A program made the translations under genes and the position numbers. Positions 23,463 through 35,639 of a stretch of DNA of 64,000 bases are shown here, one piece after another (position 1 is the first letter of the stretch; each line of letters starts with the position of its first letter). Origin of the DNA: Felis catus. Lineage: Eukaryota. Below the pieces are notes generated by a model. It ran no database searches, was not told the DNA's origin, and worked only from the letters and a program-made list of their open reading frames with translations. The DNA is taken from assembly GCF_018350175.1 (NCBI RefSeq), contig NC_058368.1, positions 119,414,001 to 119,478,000 on the forward strand, written 5' to 3'.

Positions 23463-25004
23463 AGAAACTTGAAATTCAAAGTCATATCATTCATATAGGA
23501 AATCTAATGTGTTGTGGCATCTCTCAAGCAACTTATATGGGACTATTATTAAAAATCATCCATTCTCTCCTATCGACTCAGATGTCTCTAGAAAGTCTCA
23601 TCCTCCAAACTAGAATCATCTCTCTCCTCAGTTACTCTATTCAGGTTCTGCCATTCTGCTGATGACCACCTACTCCTCAACTTCATGCTCTGCCTTCCCA
23701 TACAAAGGGCTCTTGGTAGACTATTCCCCGAACTCTTAGGGCTCTCGAGAAAGGAACAGTCCCTCTGTGCTTTGTGGGTTTTTTTTCCTTCATCTAGTCT
23801 CCCAACTCAACACAACCACTGGAAGAACCCTCTGTAGAGGATGGGAAAGAGAAAGAGTGGGCAAAACCCAAACTCTTTTCCAGGTAGAGAGGAGAAGAAA
23901 GGCTGTAGATGCTCACAGACTATTACTTTTTGTCCTGTTAGTCCTAAAATGAGTGTTCTGCATCACTGAGATATTTTTCCCAATTCTGCAAAAGTTTCAA
24001 GGATCCACTGAAATCCTGTTTCTCAAATAGCATTCATTTATCAGTCACCAAAAAACTCTCACTTTCCAGAGAGAAACGGCATTATAAATCTATAGGCCAG
24101 GCTTAGAGCAACGTTCTGCCATAACCCTTACCTTTCTACATTATCTTGTAGCTTATTTGCCAACATGTAGTTATTTTCTGCCAAATAGATTTAGGATCTA
24201 CATCTTTGCCTAAAAATAGATGTAGGATCTATTTTTCTTCCTTTTTCTTCAGCACAGCCTACTTGGTTGATACTATATTAAACGGAAAATGCTCATCTGC
24301 TGTAGCTGTCCTCCCAGTGCACATCAAAACTTCTCACTGTCACATTTCTGCCCAGATATTAATAAACATGAGTGGGAAGGGGAATAAATGCATGAAGCGC
24401 TGCTGCTCAGCCTTTTTAAGCCTGCAGAATGTCCCTCTTCTGCGTTGGTTGAAGATGGGGTGAAGATTAGGCACACTGGGAACCCAGCTGTCTTAGGAAA
24501 AATCCCCAAAGGGAAAATCTGTCAATAAAAGCAAGGTTTTGGATGCCAATATGGAAACCTAGATGAAGCCAATTTCCATGCTGCAGCACTGCTGTCATGA
24601 CTGGGTGCATCAGGATAACAGGAGGCAGATGGCCTTCAGGCAAGTGAAAAATTCACAGACACTATGCATATGGTCATGTTTTCCAAACTTTGAAGAATTC
24701 TTCCCCTGAACGTATATCTGTTTAATCTCTCCCAAGCAAAAAAGGCAAGTAACCTTCAAAGGGCACCATATATTTCTTTAATAAAACATTGGCTCTTATT
24801 CCTTCATAGATGCAAGCATTTATCAATCTTGGGGCCAGAGCAGAAGTCTGCTCCTGGTCACAGAGAGTTCTGGCAATGGTGTCTCATTTATTGAAGGAAG
24901 GGGAAGCTATGGATCTAGGAAATGATAGGCCTGGAAATAGCTACTCACAGAGACGACGTAAGGAGGCACTGGAGTTACTGTAGACTGAAGGCTGAGTGAG
25001 AGCA

Positions 25005-25320
25005 CAAGTTCTCATCCAGGAAGCCCAGGACCAACCTCTGCCCCCAGATGTGCTTGTTGGGCATTCAAAATGTTTACAGAAACACAAATGAATCAAATAG
25101 ATGCTGACATTCTACAATTAAGAGAGCTCACATCAAAAATATTCAGATTCCTGACTTAAATAAAATCAAAAGACCACATTCCAGCACAGCCTCACAATAC
25201 TGGAGTTGCGTAACCACCTCTGCAAACATGCAAGTGCTCTGACATTTGCCAGGGCCCCTTCCTGGCCTGTTTTACTCATTGGCATTTCATCCTTGCCTAC
25301 AACACTATGAACCCCTTGGT
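25005..25320 (+). mobile_element. hAT-Charlie DNA transposon relic, MER102-like
   Basis: gagagctcacatcaaaaatattcagattcctgactt, ctggagttgcgta, gtgctctgacatttgcca and ttactcatt follow the recalled MER102 motif order. Confidence 0.7.
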
Positions 25321-25525
25321 CCTGGGTTGCAGTCCTGGCTTGGCCACTTATACTTTTGAATCCTTGGTCACGTCCTTTAAGGTTTTGAATCTTTATCTAC
25401 TTATCTTTATAATGGAGATAAGACCTTGACACAGTGTTGGGTGAGTTAAATGAGACATTCCACATAAAGTGCTTAGCCCAATGCCTGGCAAGTTAAGTAC
25501 TTAATGTATGTTAACCATTATTATC
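25320..25525 (+). mobile_element. MIR
   Basis: cctgggttgcagtcctggcttggccactta...ttaaatgagacattccacataaagtgcttagcccaatgcctggca. Confidence 0.85.
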
Positions 25526-25879
25526 ATTAATGTTCTTATCACTGAATAAGCTTGTCCAAATCCCTTTTATCACTTTTCTTTTTAGTATAAATGAGGAATT
25601 ATGAAAATAATGGCCACAGATAAAAGCTTCCTATTGCCTAGATCTTTTGGTTCACTAGATGTACTTTGGAAGAATTAGATTATGTAATTTGCCCAAAGCC
25701 ATGAACAAACCGCGTGACTGCCTATTTCAATTAACCATCATAAGGAGATACAGATGAAAACTAAGGGTTTCATGGAGAAATGACATGGGGTGGGGCAGGG
25801 CAGGTGTGGTACAGAGGTTTGTAGCCATATCTGGATAATTAGGGAAAGGCACCCACTGAGCACCACCTAGGACCATGCA

Positions 25880-26095
25880 GTATCAGAGAAGGACATCATG
25901 GCTGTGAGACATCTGAGTTCAAATCACATCTCCATCACCTCTAGGTTTGGTCATACAACTCCTCTGAGTGCAGAGTTTCATAATTTGTAAAATAGAGATG
26001 CTGACAAACTATCTTATGGGTTTGTTGTGAATGTTAATTAAAATAATGAGCACTTAAATGCATAGCACACAATAAGCGTGAATACATGGTAATTA
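25880..26095 (+). mobile_element. MIR
   Basis: ctgagttcaaatcacatctccatcac...ctctgagtgcagagtttcataatttgtaaaatagagat. Confidence 0.75.
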
Positions 26096-26632
26096 TAAAT
26101 GAGAACCAGAGTAAATGATAATAGATCATCGACTGAAAATAGCCAAAATCTTAATAATCCCCAAGAGTTTGAAAAAAATCAGTCAGTGAACTGTTGTAAA
26201 ATCGGATACACACAACTTCAAGTTAGGGTCATGCACTTTTTGAACCCATTATAATTATCATTATTTTCTGATCACTATTTCCATTAATGCTTCATCACTT
26301 CCAGTGACATTTCTGGGAATGCTCCAGGGGGTTTTGGTTCTTTGATTTGTACTTTAAATTTACGATGCATGGTCTTTTCCTAATATGAATGGTATTGTGG
26401 TTCCTTTTTTAATTCGCATATAAAAATACTATTTTAGCCCTCTTCGCTACTTCAGGCTAGTCTTAGCGGATTAGAACTGAGAGTTACAAATTCGGTTTGT
26501 ACATTATATTCAAAATAGTCAGTTTTGAAATTACTTGGAGTGAACGTTTCTTGGTTCCTCAAGTTACTAGTGTGCTTCTCAGTCCAGCTTCTTTTCTCTT
26601 GAGCAGCTCATTTCTAAAACCTACAGATACAG

Positions 26633-26633
<1 letters not shown>

Positions 26634-26669
<36 letters not shown>
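26634..26669. repeat. (CT)n microsatellite
   Basis: Perfect CT run. Confidence 0.96.
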
Positions 26670-26672
<3 letters not shown>

Positions 26673-26744
26673 ACCCCTTGTACTAATCAAGGCCTAGGAT
26701 AGCATTTTATCCACCTGCAAAGCTATCTGTGTTAGTACAATTTT

Positions 26745-27040
26745 CTTTCATTCAACATTCTACAAACATTTGTTGAGTGCCTACTATGTACCAATCTCTG
26801 TCCTAACAGTAAACTGTAACGAGCCCTAAATGTCATGCGGCACTATGCTTAAGTGATTACATAATCTCATTGATTCCACCCCACAACCTTGTGACACAGG
26901 AACGGGTACTGTCCCTATTTTATAGAAGGGAAAGCTGAGTCATATCAAGGTTAATAAGTAATTAATTTCATGAACTTAGCTAGAGGCTAAGCCAAAAGTT
27001 AACTTGGTCTGATTGCCACGCCCTAGTTCTGAACGATTGT
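26745..27040 (-). mobile_element. L2 3' tip followed by MIR
   Basis: caaacatttgttgagtgcctactatgtacca (L2) then gtccctattttatagaagggaaagctgag (MIR). Confidence 0.75.
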
Positions 27041-27042
27041 AC

Positions 27043-27210
27043 CGGTGTTTCTCAACGTGGGGTGCTGACTCCTCCATGATCTGCATTAGAATCACGGAGG
27101 CTGTTTGCTAAAACTACAGACTGGCGATATGCCATAGATCTGCTGAGTCTACATTTGCAGTTTTGACAAATTCTCTGGGGAATTTCTGTGCTTAAGTGTG
27201 ACAGCCACTG
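27043..27210. mobile_element. MER5-type hAT MITE
   Basis: cggtgtttctcaac...tgcattagaatcac...gtgtgacagccactg; degenerate terminal inverted repeats. Confidence 0.7.
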
Positions 27211-28002
27211 ACAAGGGTGTTTGGATAACAATCTGAGAAACTGAGGCTGAGACGCAAAAGCATTCTTCAAAGTGAAGGTGAACTTTCTGGAAAGAAGCTG
27301 GGTCATGGCCCACACTGTTAAGAATCAGTTGTGAAAGATACTCTTGGTTAATCTAAAGAAATGTTATGTAAATAAATTGTACTTAAACCCTACTTCTGTA
27401 CAAAGCTCTAGTTACAAGGAATATAATTTCAAAATACAGTTGCAGGAAGGGGAGTACTATGTAATTTTGTAGAATTTTGAAAAAGAAACATGGTTCCAAC
27501 CCTAGAATATGCAAATGAAGGGGATTTGTGGGGGAGCGATGCGGTAGGAGGGGGGTGTCTTAGACACCTGATTATTTACCTTGGCTTTGAGGAACTTGAT
27601 AAAGATTAAAAGGACACCCCTAAGACACCTCTTGTGCCATGACTGTTGTCAACTCATAATCATATGGTGACTTTCCCGTATCATACGATGGCAGTGAAAA
27701 GGCCGACATTTATAAATTTGGTTACTAAAGGTGACAAGGGCCAAATTTGAAGCGTGATTCCCTATACACCCAATTAAGCCTGTGATGCAAACATCCTCCT
27801 CCAGGTGATCTGTGTCATGGAAGACTCCCCTTAGTCCAGAGGAGGCTGGGTGGGCTCTTTGTGCCTCAGAAAACAGCTCTGAGCCTCTGGACCTTGAGGC
27901 TGGTGAGTCACTAGTGTCAGCTTTGTGTACAAAGGCTCAGCTTTTCCTTTCCTGTGACCATGTCCCAGTATGACTAAGAGCATTGTTTAAATGCAAACAC
28001 TG

Positions 28003-28225
28003 GGGGCGCCTGGGTGGCGCAGTCGGTTAAGCGTCCGACTTCAGCCAGGTCACGATCTCGCGGTCCGTGAGTTTGAGCCCGGCGTCAGGCTCTGGGCTGA
28101 TGGCTCAGAGCCTGGAGCCTGTTTCCGATTCTGTGTCTCCCTCTCTCTCTGCCCCTCCCCCGTTCATGCTCTGTCTCTCTCTGTCCCAAAAATAAAATAA
28201 AACGTTGAAAAAAAAATAATAAAAA
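28003..28225 (+). mobile_element. Can-SINE, young SINEC_Fc type
   Basis: Full-length and CpG-rich; perfect 15-bp TSD taaatgcaaacactg at 27988-28002 and 28226-28240. Confidence 0.98.
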
Positions 28226-28885
28226 TAAATGCAAACACTGTATTAACACAAAGATAAAGCTGTCTCAGCATTGGAAAAAAATGGTTCTTCGGAAAAAGAG
28301 AAAAGCAAAACTCAACAAGGGAAAAAGTAACCTTTGTACACAAAATAATCAGTACTCTACTATTTCATGAACTGATTGCTTTTAATGTGTGTGTGTGTGT
28401 ATTTGTGTGTGCATATATATAGATAGATAGATAGGTATACAGATATGCCAAAGCTTAACAAAGGGAACACATATAACATGCTCTTCTGCTTTTGTGAGCT
28501 CCTGTACTTTTTATTAAGTTCCTAAAATTTTGAAGAGAATATATTTTAAGTGCTTGTTAAAGCCAAAGTCCCTCTGACTTTTCTTCCCATATCTGCAAAG
28601 TTTTATGACATCCCTTATCTTGAGGCCCTGTGAAGTATGAATATTTGACTTAAAACAGAACTGAGCTTTTATTGCTCATCTGCAGGACAAGAACTCCCAA
28701 AGACACTGCCCTACAGACCTTAGGCTTCATTCTTTCCTGCAAGTTGCCGATTGGTCAAGCTTACCATGGGATCCCTTTACAGTGTCTCCTCCCCCGCATT
28801 CTCCACTCACTGCTCTCTCATTCTTGCCCGTCTCCTTTCTCTTGGTAACTTCTTGATCCCTTTCATCTCTAAGGGGTAATACTAT

Positions 28886-29428
28886 TGTCAGCTGGAGTGG
28901 ATACCTGTTGACTATTCTTATATAGTTGACTATTCTTATCTTTCATCTCTACTCTGTGATTTGGTACCAGAACCTCTCTTTTCCATTTGGTAAACGCTTC
29001 ATGCGATTTTGGAAGCAGACACATGATCCAAACTAGTCAATACTCATGCCTTGGACTGAACGGCATGTCTGGGAGTGGACACCAATGAATGTATGACCAG
29101 TAGGGCCCTAGAGAGTTTCACTCTCTTTATTTCAAATCACTAGTTACAAAGATTCATGTGGTTGCTAGGGAAACGGCTCACCTCTTTCACAGAAACTCTA
29201 GCTGTGAAAATGATAAATCCAAAGTTTCTGTGACCATATTTCCTGGCACATGGACAGAAACAACGCTGAGAGGAAACCTCCCTTTATTTTAGTTCTTGAA
29301 GTCCACCATCCCTGAAGCCAGCCTCTCATCTTAGACTGCCATGTTCTTGGCACCAACAAATTATCTTTTTAGCTTAAGTAAGTTTGAATTGAGTTTTTGT
29401 TAGTTGTAACTAAAAAAACCCAGATTCT
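28886..29428 (+). mobile_element. Old MaLR solo LTR (MLT1J/K/L-like)
   Basis: ccatccctgaagccagcc...aacaaattatctttttagcttaagtaagtttgaattgagtttttgttagttgtaactaaa matches the MLT1 3' end. Confidence 0.7.
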
Positions 29429-29499
29429 TTTACTGTTTTCTAGAATTTTGCCATCTAATGAGGAAATATATAATTGTAGTAGAAGTCAGACTGTGATAT

Positions 29500-29960
29500 G
29501 TGCATGGGAAGGACCTGCAGACATCACTCAGGGGGCATAAAACAAAGATGGTTAATTCCGATTGAACACACGGGGAAAACTGCAGTGAAGGAGGAGGTAT
29601 CACTGGAGTTGAGCATGGTAGAATAAACACAATTTCCAAAGGTGGATAGGAGGTTTGCATGGAAGGAGCTAGTATTGAGGCAGGGCATAATTCTCAGAAA
29701 GGACACAATAAGGAAAGCCGTGACATGTTCCAGGATTGGTGAGCAGTTCAACGTTGAACGTGGCAGGACCTCAAGTGTGTGGATATATACCTGGAACAGG
29801 TAGTCAGCTGGCTAGAGTCAGATTTTGGCGACCTCTGGTAACCATTCTAAGAAGTAAAGCCATTATTCTACAGGCAGTGGGGAGCTGCTGGTGTTTCTTT
29901 ATAACAGAATTAGTATGATCAGATCTGTATTTTAAGAAGGAAACCCTGGCTCCTTCTCCG
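29500..29960 (-). mobile_element. L2 fragment
   Basis: ttattctacaggcagtggggagctgctgg...atgatcagatctgtattttaagaaggaaaccctggct reverse L2 motif. Confidence 0.75.
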
Positions 29961-30189
29961 TGTCCAGTGATTATTCCTGGAGGATGGCTTTCCTGGCCTC
30001 CCGGCTTAAATTTATTGCCTCCGTTCTCTGTCCTCGGCATCTCGTCCCATGCAAACAGAAAGTGCAAAATGTGAGCAATGAGTTTCCGAAACAATTCTGA
30101 GATTTAATCGAGGATAAGTTAGAGAAGGCAGCATACCCATCAAGCTGAAGGGCACTGGCACTCACTAGGTAACATAGGCACGTCACTCG

Positions 30190-30500
30190 ATGCAATGGAC
30201 CCTGGTGGTGCCTCATTCCCATTATAGGCAGGTGCAAACGTACCCCCGGGGATTTGATGACGATGATGTCGATACAGATGATAAGTGCTTCTTCCAGAGA
30301 ATTGCCTGAACCACCGATTACCACTGACTGATTGATGAACAGTATAAATGTCCAGCCCCCATTCCTCGAATCAGTTCAACTGGTGGTCATATTCATGCTC
30401 CCGCACTCTTGCAAGATCCCCTGCTTCTCACTCCCTCAATAAACAACTTGCACAAGAAAATCTAACTCAGGCTCTGCTTGTAGGGAGCCTGACCCAGGAC
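30190..30500 (+). mobile_element. ERVL solo LTR, LTR16-like
   Basis: ccactgactgattgatgaacagtataaatgtccagcccc...ctccctcaataaacaacttgcacaaga...ctcaggctctgcttgtagggagcctgacc with TATA and AATAAA. Confidence 0.7.
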
Positions 30501-30725
30501 GCTTGACCTTACTGGTAAAATGGGGGTTGCTGTAAGGCTTAAATGTTAACAAAAGTAACAAATAAGTAACAATCAGTTCACATCACTAAGCAAATAATTT
30601 AATGTATGTTAATATAAGTAAAGCACACATTGATTTAACTAAATAATTAAATGTATGTTAATATAAGTAACACAGAACAGTACCTGGCACATAGCAAATG
30701 CTGAACAAGTATCTGCTTTTATAAT
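30500..30725 (+). mobile_element. MIR with internal duplication
   Basis: gtaaaatggggg...agaacagtacctggcacatagcaaatgctgaacaa. Confidence 0.75.
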
Positions 30726-31228
30726 GTTATAATCTTAGTTCTTCAAATAGCTTATAAATCTCTGCTCCGCTCTGATCCTACTACCATTGATTTAAACTTG
30801 ATTTCTCCACTCGCGTGTTTACAACAACGGTCTCCTTATCTGATTTCTCCTCCCAATCTCCCTCTCTCTTTTCCTCCCTTCTACAAATATGAGAGTTGCT
30901 TATGTATACCAGGCACCGTTCTAGGGATGAATTAGGGCAAGTTATCTAACAGAGCCTCAGTGTACTCATTTGTAAAGCAGGGATACTATAAATCTACTGC
31001 ATGGGATAATGTTGGAATTAAATAAGAAAATGAGAAATGTTCACTAGTTCATGCCTAGTAAGCACTCCATCCTTTTCCCTTTTCCTGCCCCCTCCCTGAT
31101 AATCATTTCTTGACCTGAAAGAGACAGCAGAGACACCCAGAGGGAGGGGTGGGTGTTAATTAATGGTCCTGGGCTCCATTTGACAGGTGTGTTATTCCTC
31201 TGTATAAAAGACAATAACAAAGGTCACA

Positions 31229-31364
31229 GGGGTAGCCCAGTAGGTTAAGCGTTCAACTCTTAATTTTGGCTTAGGTCATGATCTTATGTTTCATGGATTC
31301 GAGCGCTGCATCAGGGTTTGAGCCCTGCTTTGGACTCTGTGCTGACAGTGCAGACCTGCTTGGG

Positions 31365-31406
<42 letters not shown>

Positions 31407-31488
31407 TCTCTCCCCTCCTCTCATGCATGCTCACTCACTTTCTCTCTCTCAAAACAAATAAACTTTAAAATAAAATAAAATAAAATAA
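31229..31488 (+). mobile_element. Can-SINE, older subfamily
   Basis: ggttaagcgttcaactcttaattttggcttaggtcatgatct..., (CT)n and (TAAAA)n tail. Confidence 0.93.
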
Positions 31489-34400
31489 AGGGCAGTGACA
31501 GAGCTTCTCTGACAATGATGACCCTGCTTTTCCCAATAAAAGCTTTGTGATCCCTGCATATATCCCTGCAATGTGCACACGGCTGCAGAAGGCTTGTCTA
31601 GCCATGAATTGCTCTCAACTGCTATGCCAGGAATTGCCATCATGGAGTCACCTTGAGCAGCTTAGTGGTCTCCTTGATGTCAAAAGTCCATGTCCCACCC
31701 TCCTCCCTCAGCCACTCACATTAATGAGATGTGGCCCGTGATGAAAGCCTGCATGCTGAATACAAGCCGAGATAGCAGGGGGGAACTGGAGAATAAAGCA
31801 GAGTTTGAACCCGATTATGTAAACAGTTCTTTCAGTTTCCTTGATCTTTGTGGAAAAAAGGTTTTTTTCATCCTGCCTCTTTCAGTTCAAGTTCAGGGTC
31901 TCACAGTTTCCTGGGCTCCTTTTGAGGTCTGCCATAGTTTAAATGAACAAAACAGAAAAGAAGTGGAGTTTCTTCTGGATTTCAGCAGAAAGCAGCAGAA
32001 TACATTTAGCACACTCTTTGGTGAATTTGCTGTGTCAGTGGTTGGGGATCAGATCCCACCCACAGTGAGAGTAGGTGTGCGTGTGTGTGAACTCACACTG
32101 AATCACTTTCTACACTTTTATTAAATTTTGCATTTTTTCTCCTCCAAGTTTTGTTCATTTTTTATTCTTCACTTTGGAAAATAACTGTACAGCAGTTTTG
32201 CCCACTTGAGACCTTACTTTTTTTTTTTTTTTATGTCAAATTCTGGATGGTAAATGACGTCTAAAATGCACTGGGTTTTTTTCTTTTTCAGTCACGATTT
32301 TTCACAAGGATTTGTTAAGACAGCACATTTTTCTCTTGATTTATACAATCCCATGTAACCGCAGTCCATCAGCACAGTTATTATGGTGTTTTAATAGGTA
32401 GCCAACAAATGTGTTTTAACCTGAATTCCTTTCTTAATATTTGAGCTTCTGGTTTTATGATTCTTTCAGGTAATTAGTTCGCTTTGTTGAGTAAGAATGC
32501 CTCTGACTGAATCAAAAAATAAATATTAATACAAAATTGAATGGTTAGAGATGGATAAGGAGTTGTCTTGAAATTATAATAAATTTTGAAATTTATTTTA
32601 AATATGCTTATAGGATTTGTTCTAAGAATCTACATTCAAAGAGATTTGAAAAAAAAGATTCTAATATTCATAATAATTATACTTTGACATATTGTCTCTT
32701 TCTTCCCAAGCACTAAAGTGCTTCAGAAACACCATAGCTGAATCAGTAGAAGGCAGGGCGTGGGTTGCATTAAATGCCTGACTTAAAAGGAAAAAGGTTA
32801 ATAGGTTATAGTAATGGGGAAAACAAAACATGAATAATATAGGGCCAAGAGGGTGAATTGCTATTCTATCCTAACAAGGGTACAGAGAAAACAACTATCT
32901 GTGTCACTTTTAATGTACTTATTAAGCCTGTTTTGTGTACCTATTATGTGCCTATCTCTGTGCTAGGTGCAGTGGAGGAAAAAAAAAAAAAAGCTCTGAC
33001 TCTTGTTTGGTCTGTGGTCTCAAGGGAGATGAGGTTCTCGCAGGGAGAGAGAAGGGTTCTCAGACATACCAGATCATAGCTGAGGGGTGTGAGTGGGATC
33101 TGGGAGGAAAGTTCCGTGGGAGGTCTGAATGTGAAATTACCCAGCTCCCAGGCTCTGCATTGTAACTGCTGCATCATGATGCAAACTCACCCCAGTAAGC
33201 AAGCCTGTGTTAGAGAGCCCTCGCTGCAGAGTCTGGATCTGGGAGAGCAGGTGGAGGGCTCCTCTGGGTGTGCACTGGCCATCCCTCCAATCCTTCAGTA
33301 CTTGCTTCACCCACTTAGCAAATTCTCGTGGAGCAAGGTGAGAAGTCGTGTCCTGGGTGCTGTGCCAGGAGCTGTGCCAGGAGCTGAGGACAGAAGATGA
33401 AGCAGAGGCAGTTGTGGTGCCTACATTCTGGTGGGGAAATGGATATTTAGCAATTGTCACCTACCTCATTCATTGTACTTGTAATAAGAGCTTCAAAGAG
33501 GTACAGATTGCTAAGGGGGAACCACCTCTGGTCTGGAACAATCCCTTCCATTCTCCCCCTTTTGGACACAGTTCCTGTGCTGCCCTCTGGAACCATCAGC
33601 CCTAGGGAGGCAGGCATGGCAAACAGCAGTTGTCCACTCCGTGAGGAGGGTTCGAGCTCCCTGGAGCAGTGTCAGAGAGGTAGAGGCTGGGGTTAAGGTT
33701 ACCCATGTTTCCAAGCACTGCGTGACCCAGCCATTAAGCTGACCTCTTCATGGATCCTGAGCAGAGAGACGGGAGTAAGTTTGTTCATCACACAGCATGA
33801 TTATAATCCATGATGTCCTTAGGTGCGGGTGCATTTGATGGTGGTTTGATGTATCACACAGAATTTGAGAGTGGAATAGAAAGCCAGCATGTTGTACATA
33901 CCCAGACTGTTCTATCAAAAAGAAGCGGGAAAGATGAGTTTCCACTTTGCAGGTCATCAGACAAAATATAAAATCATGTGGTCTTTCTCAATCTAACCAG
34001 CCAGAGGACTGCTCAGACCAAGTCCACAGTTCAAGTTCAGTATAGTTCCTAATTTGGTGTCAAAACAAACTTACCATTTGGATGTTCAAGTTCATCAATT
34101 TAAGTAGCTGTTTTGGTGATATACTGATACCAGTTCTCAAACACTTCTAATGGGTCGTGAGTTTTTCTTTGTTTAAACTGCCAAAGACACCATTCAAAAT
34201 GGTATGGAATAGAAGGGGAATACCCTGGTAAATGACTAATTGACTGGTTTGGTGACCTGTGAATGTGCCTTTAGATCATAGAATTGCATTCCATACTCTA
34301 TAACTAAGGAGATTTGGGAATATTTGGAGTACAGGAGATAATAGAAATAATAGCTGCTGTGCATTGAGTACAGGCACTGCGCTTTCTACTTCACCAGGAC

Positions 34401-34693
34401 CAACTTATTTAACCTTTATATAAAAGTTATATTTTAAATGCTTTTATTACACTAATTTTATCAAGACAAAATAAGGCTTACCAAGAACAATTAATTTGTT
34501 CAAGATCACAGCTAATCATTGACAGGGTCACCATTTGGCCTCAGGTCTAAGTGCAGAGTCTGCATCGAAACCACTACCTCTGCCCTGTGCTTCTGTGAAA
34601 GATCAAATGAAATCTCACAAATCATTCCTTTCTGCTACCATCAGAAATTTTCCTGATCAGTAAAAGGGGCCAATTGTAGTAAGCAACTGATTT

Positions 34694-34724
34694 TATGTAT
34701 GTATGTATGTATGTATGTATGTAT
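34694..34724. repeat. (TATG)n microsatellite
   Basis: Tetranucleotide run read directly. Confidence 0.93.
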
Positions 34725-34834
34725 TTATTGCTTTTTATTATACCAGTGAATTTAATCTTACATACTAATTTGCTTTTTGTTTTTCATTTTGTTTTTTTTT
34801 TTAGTTTGGATAGCTTAGGTTAGGTTAACTAGGA

Positions 34835-35042
34835 TTTTTTTAATGTTTACTTATTTTTGAGAGAGAGAAAAAGAGCACAAGTGGGGGAGGGGTAGAGAGA
34901 GAGGGAAGCACAGAATCTGAAGCAGGCTCTAAGCTCTGAGCTGCCAGCACAGAGCCCTATGTGGGGCTTGAATTCACGAACTGTGAAATCATGACCTGAG
35001 CCAAAGTTGGGCACTTAACCAACTGAGCCACCCAGGTGCCCC
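34835..35042 (-). mobile_element. Can-SINE
   Basis: cttaaccaactgagccacccaggtgcccc terminus and SINEC body. Confidence 0.95.
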
Positions 35043-35263
35043 AGAACCGAACTATTCTTATAGCCATTATTATTTTTACATTATGAGAGAAACAGAAGAA
35101 AGCTTAGGGATAAGCTTAATCAATCCCAGAGACTTTGACAACCCCGAACTTGTGTCATTGTACTATTAGTTGAAGAAATGGGGAGAATTTAGGAATTCTG
35201 AAGAAATATGTCAGTTTAGATGATAATCTGAAAAGCTCAAATTTCCCCTAATGTATTGTAATA

Positions 35264-35505
35264 CAGCAAAACCTTGGATTGCCTAGTAACTTGTTCTGCC
35301 AGTGTTCTATAAGATCAACAAACATTTCTAATAAATTTTAACTTGATAAAGGAGCAATGTCTTGCAAAACGAGTAGTAGGTGATGCCAAATGTCACATGA
35401 TCACAACTGAGCCAATGGTTCTTGAAACTTGCTTTGATATACAAGTGCTTTGGATTACAAGCATGTTTCTGGAATGAATTGTGCTCGCAAACCAAGGTTT
35501 TACTT
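35264..35505. mobile_element. Tc1/mariner-superfamily (Tigger-like) MITE, 242 bp
   Basis: TIRs cagcaaaaccttggattgc (35264-35282) and gcaaaccaaggttttactt (35487-35505), 16/19 complementary; TA on both flanks (35262-63, 35506-07). Confidence 0.85.
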
Positions 35506-35639
35506 TATATTATGATTTTCCTCCAAATGTTTCTGTTACGCCCGGAAAAAAAAAATCTGACAGGAGCAAAAGAAAGAGGAAGTGAATTAACAGGGTCCCT
35601 GGACACAAGTGAGAGGGAAGTGGAGGAAGGAGGAGTTGG

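Noticed and set aside
28003..28080. tRNA-like A/B box sequence
   Set aside because: It is the tRNA-derived head of a Can-SINE, not a tRNA gene; the same holds for all SINE copies.
30592..30670. CRISPR-like repeat-spacer-repeat
   Set aside because: Mammalian DNA, only two units, no cas genes; explained as a local duplication.
31690..32470. 144-aa ORF and nearby polypyrimidine/AG acceptor-like sites
   Set aside because: No homology recognised; the acceptor-like sites lead into T-rich non-coding sequence with no coherent exon chain.
33359..33386. 12-bp tandem gctgtgccagga, plus similar short duplications near 43680 and 51029
   Set aside because: Ordinary short slippage duplications with no further structure.
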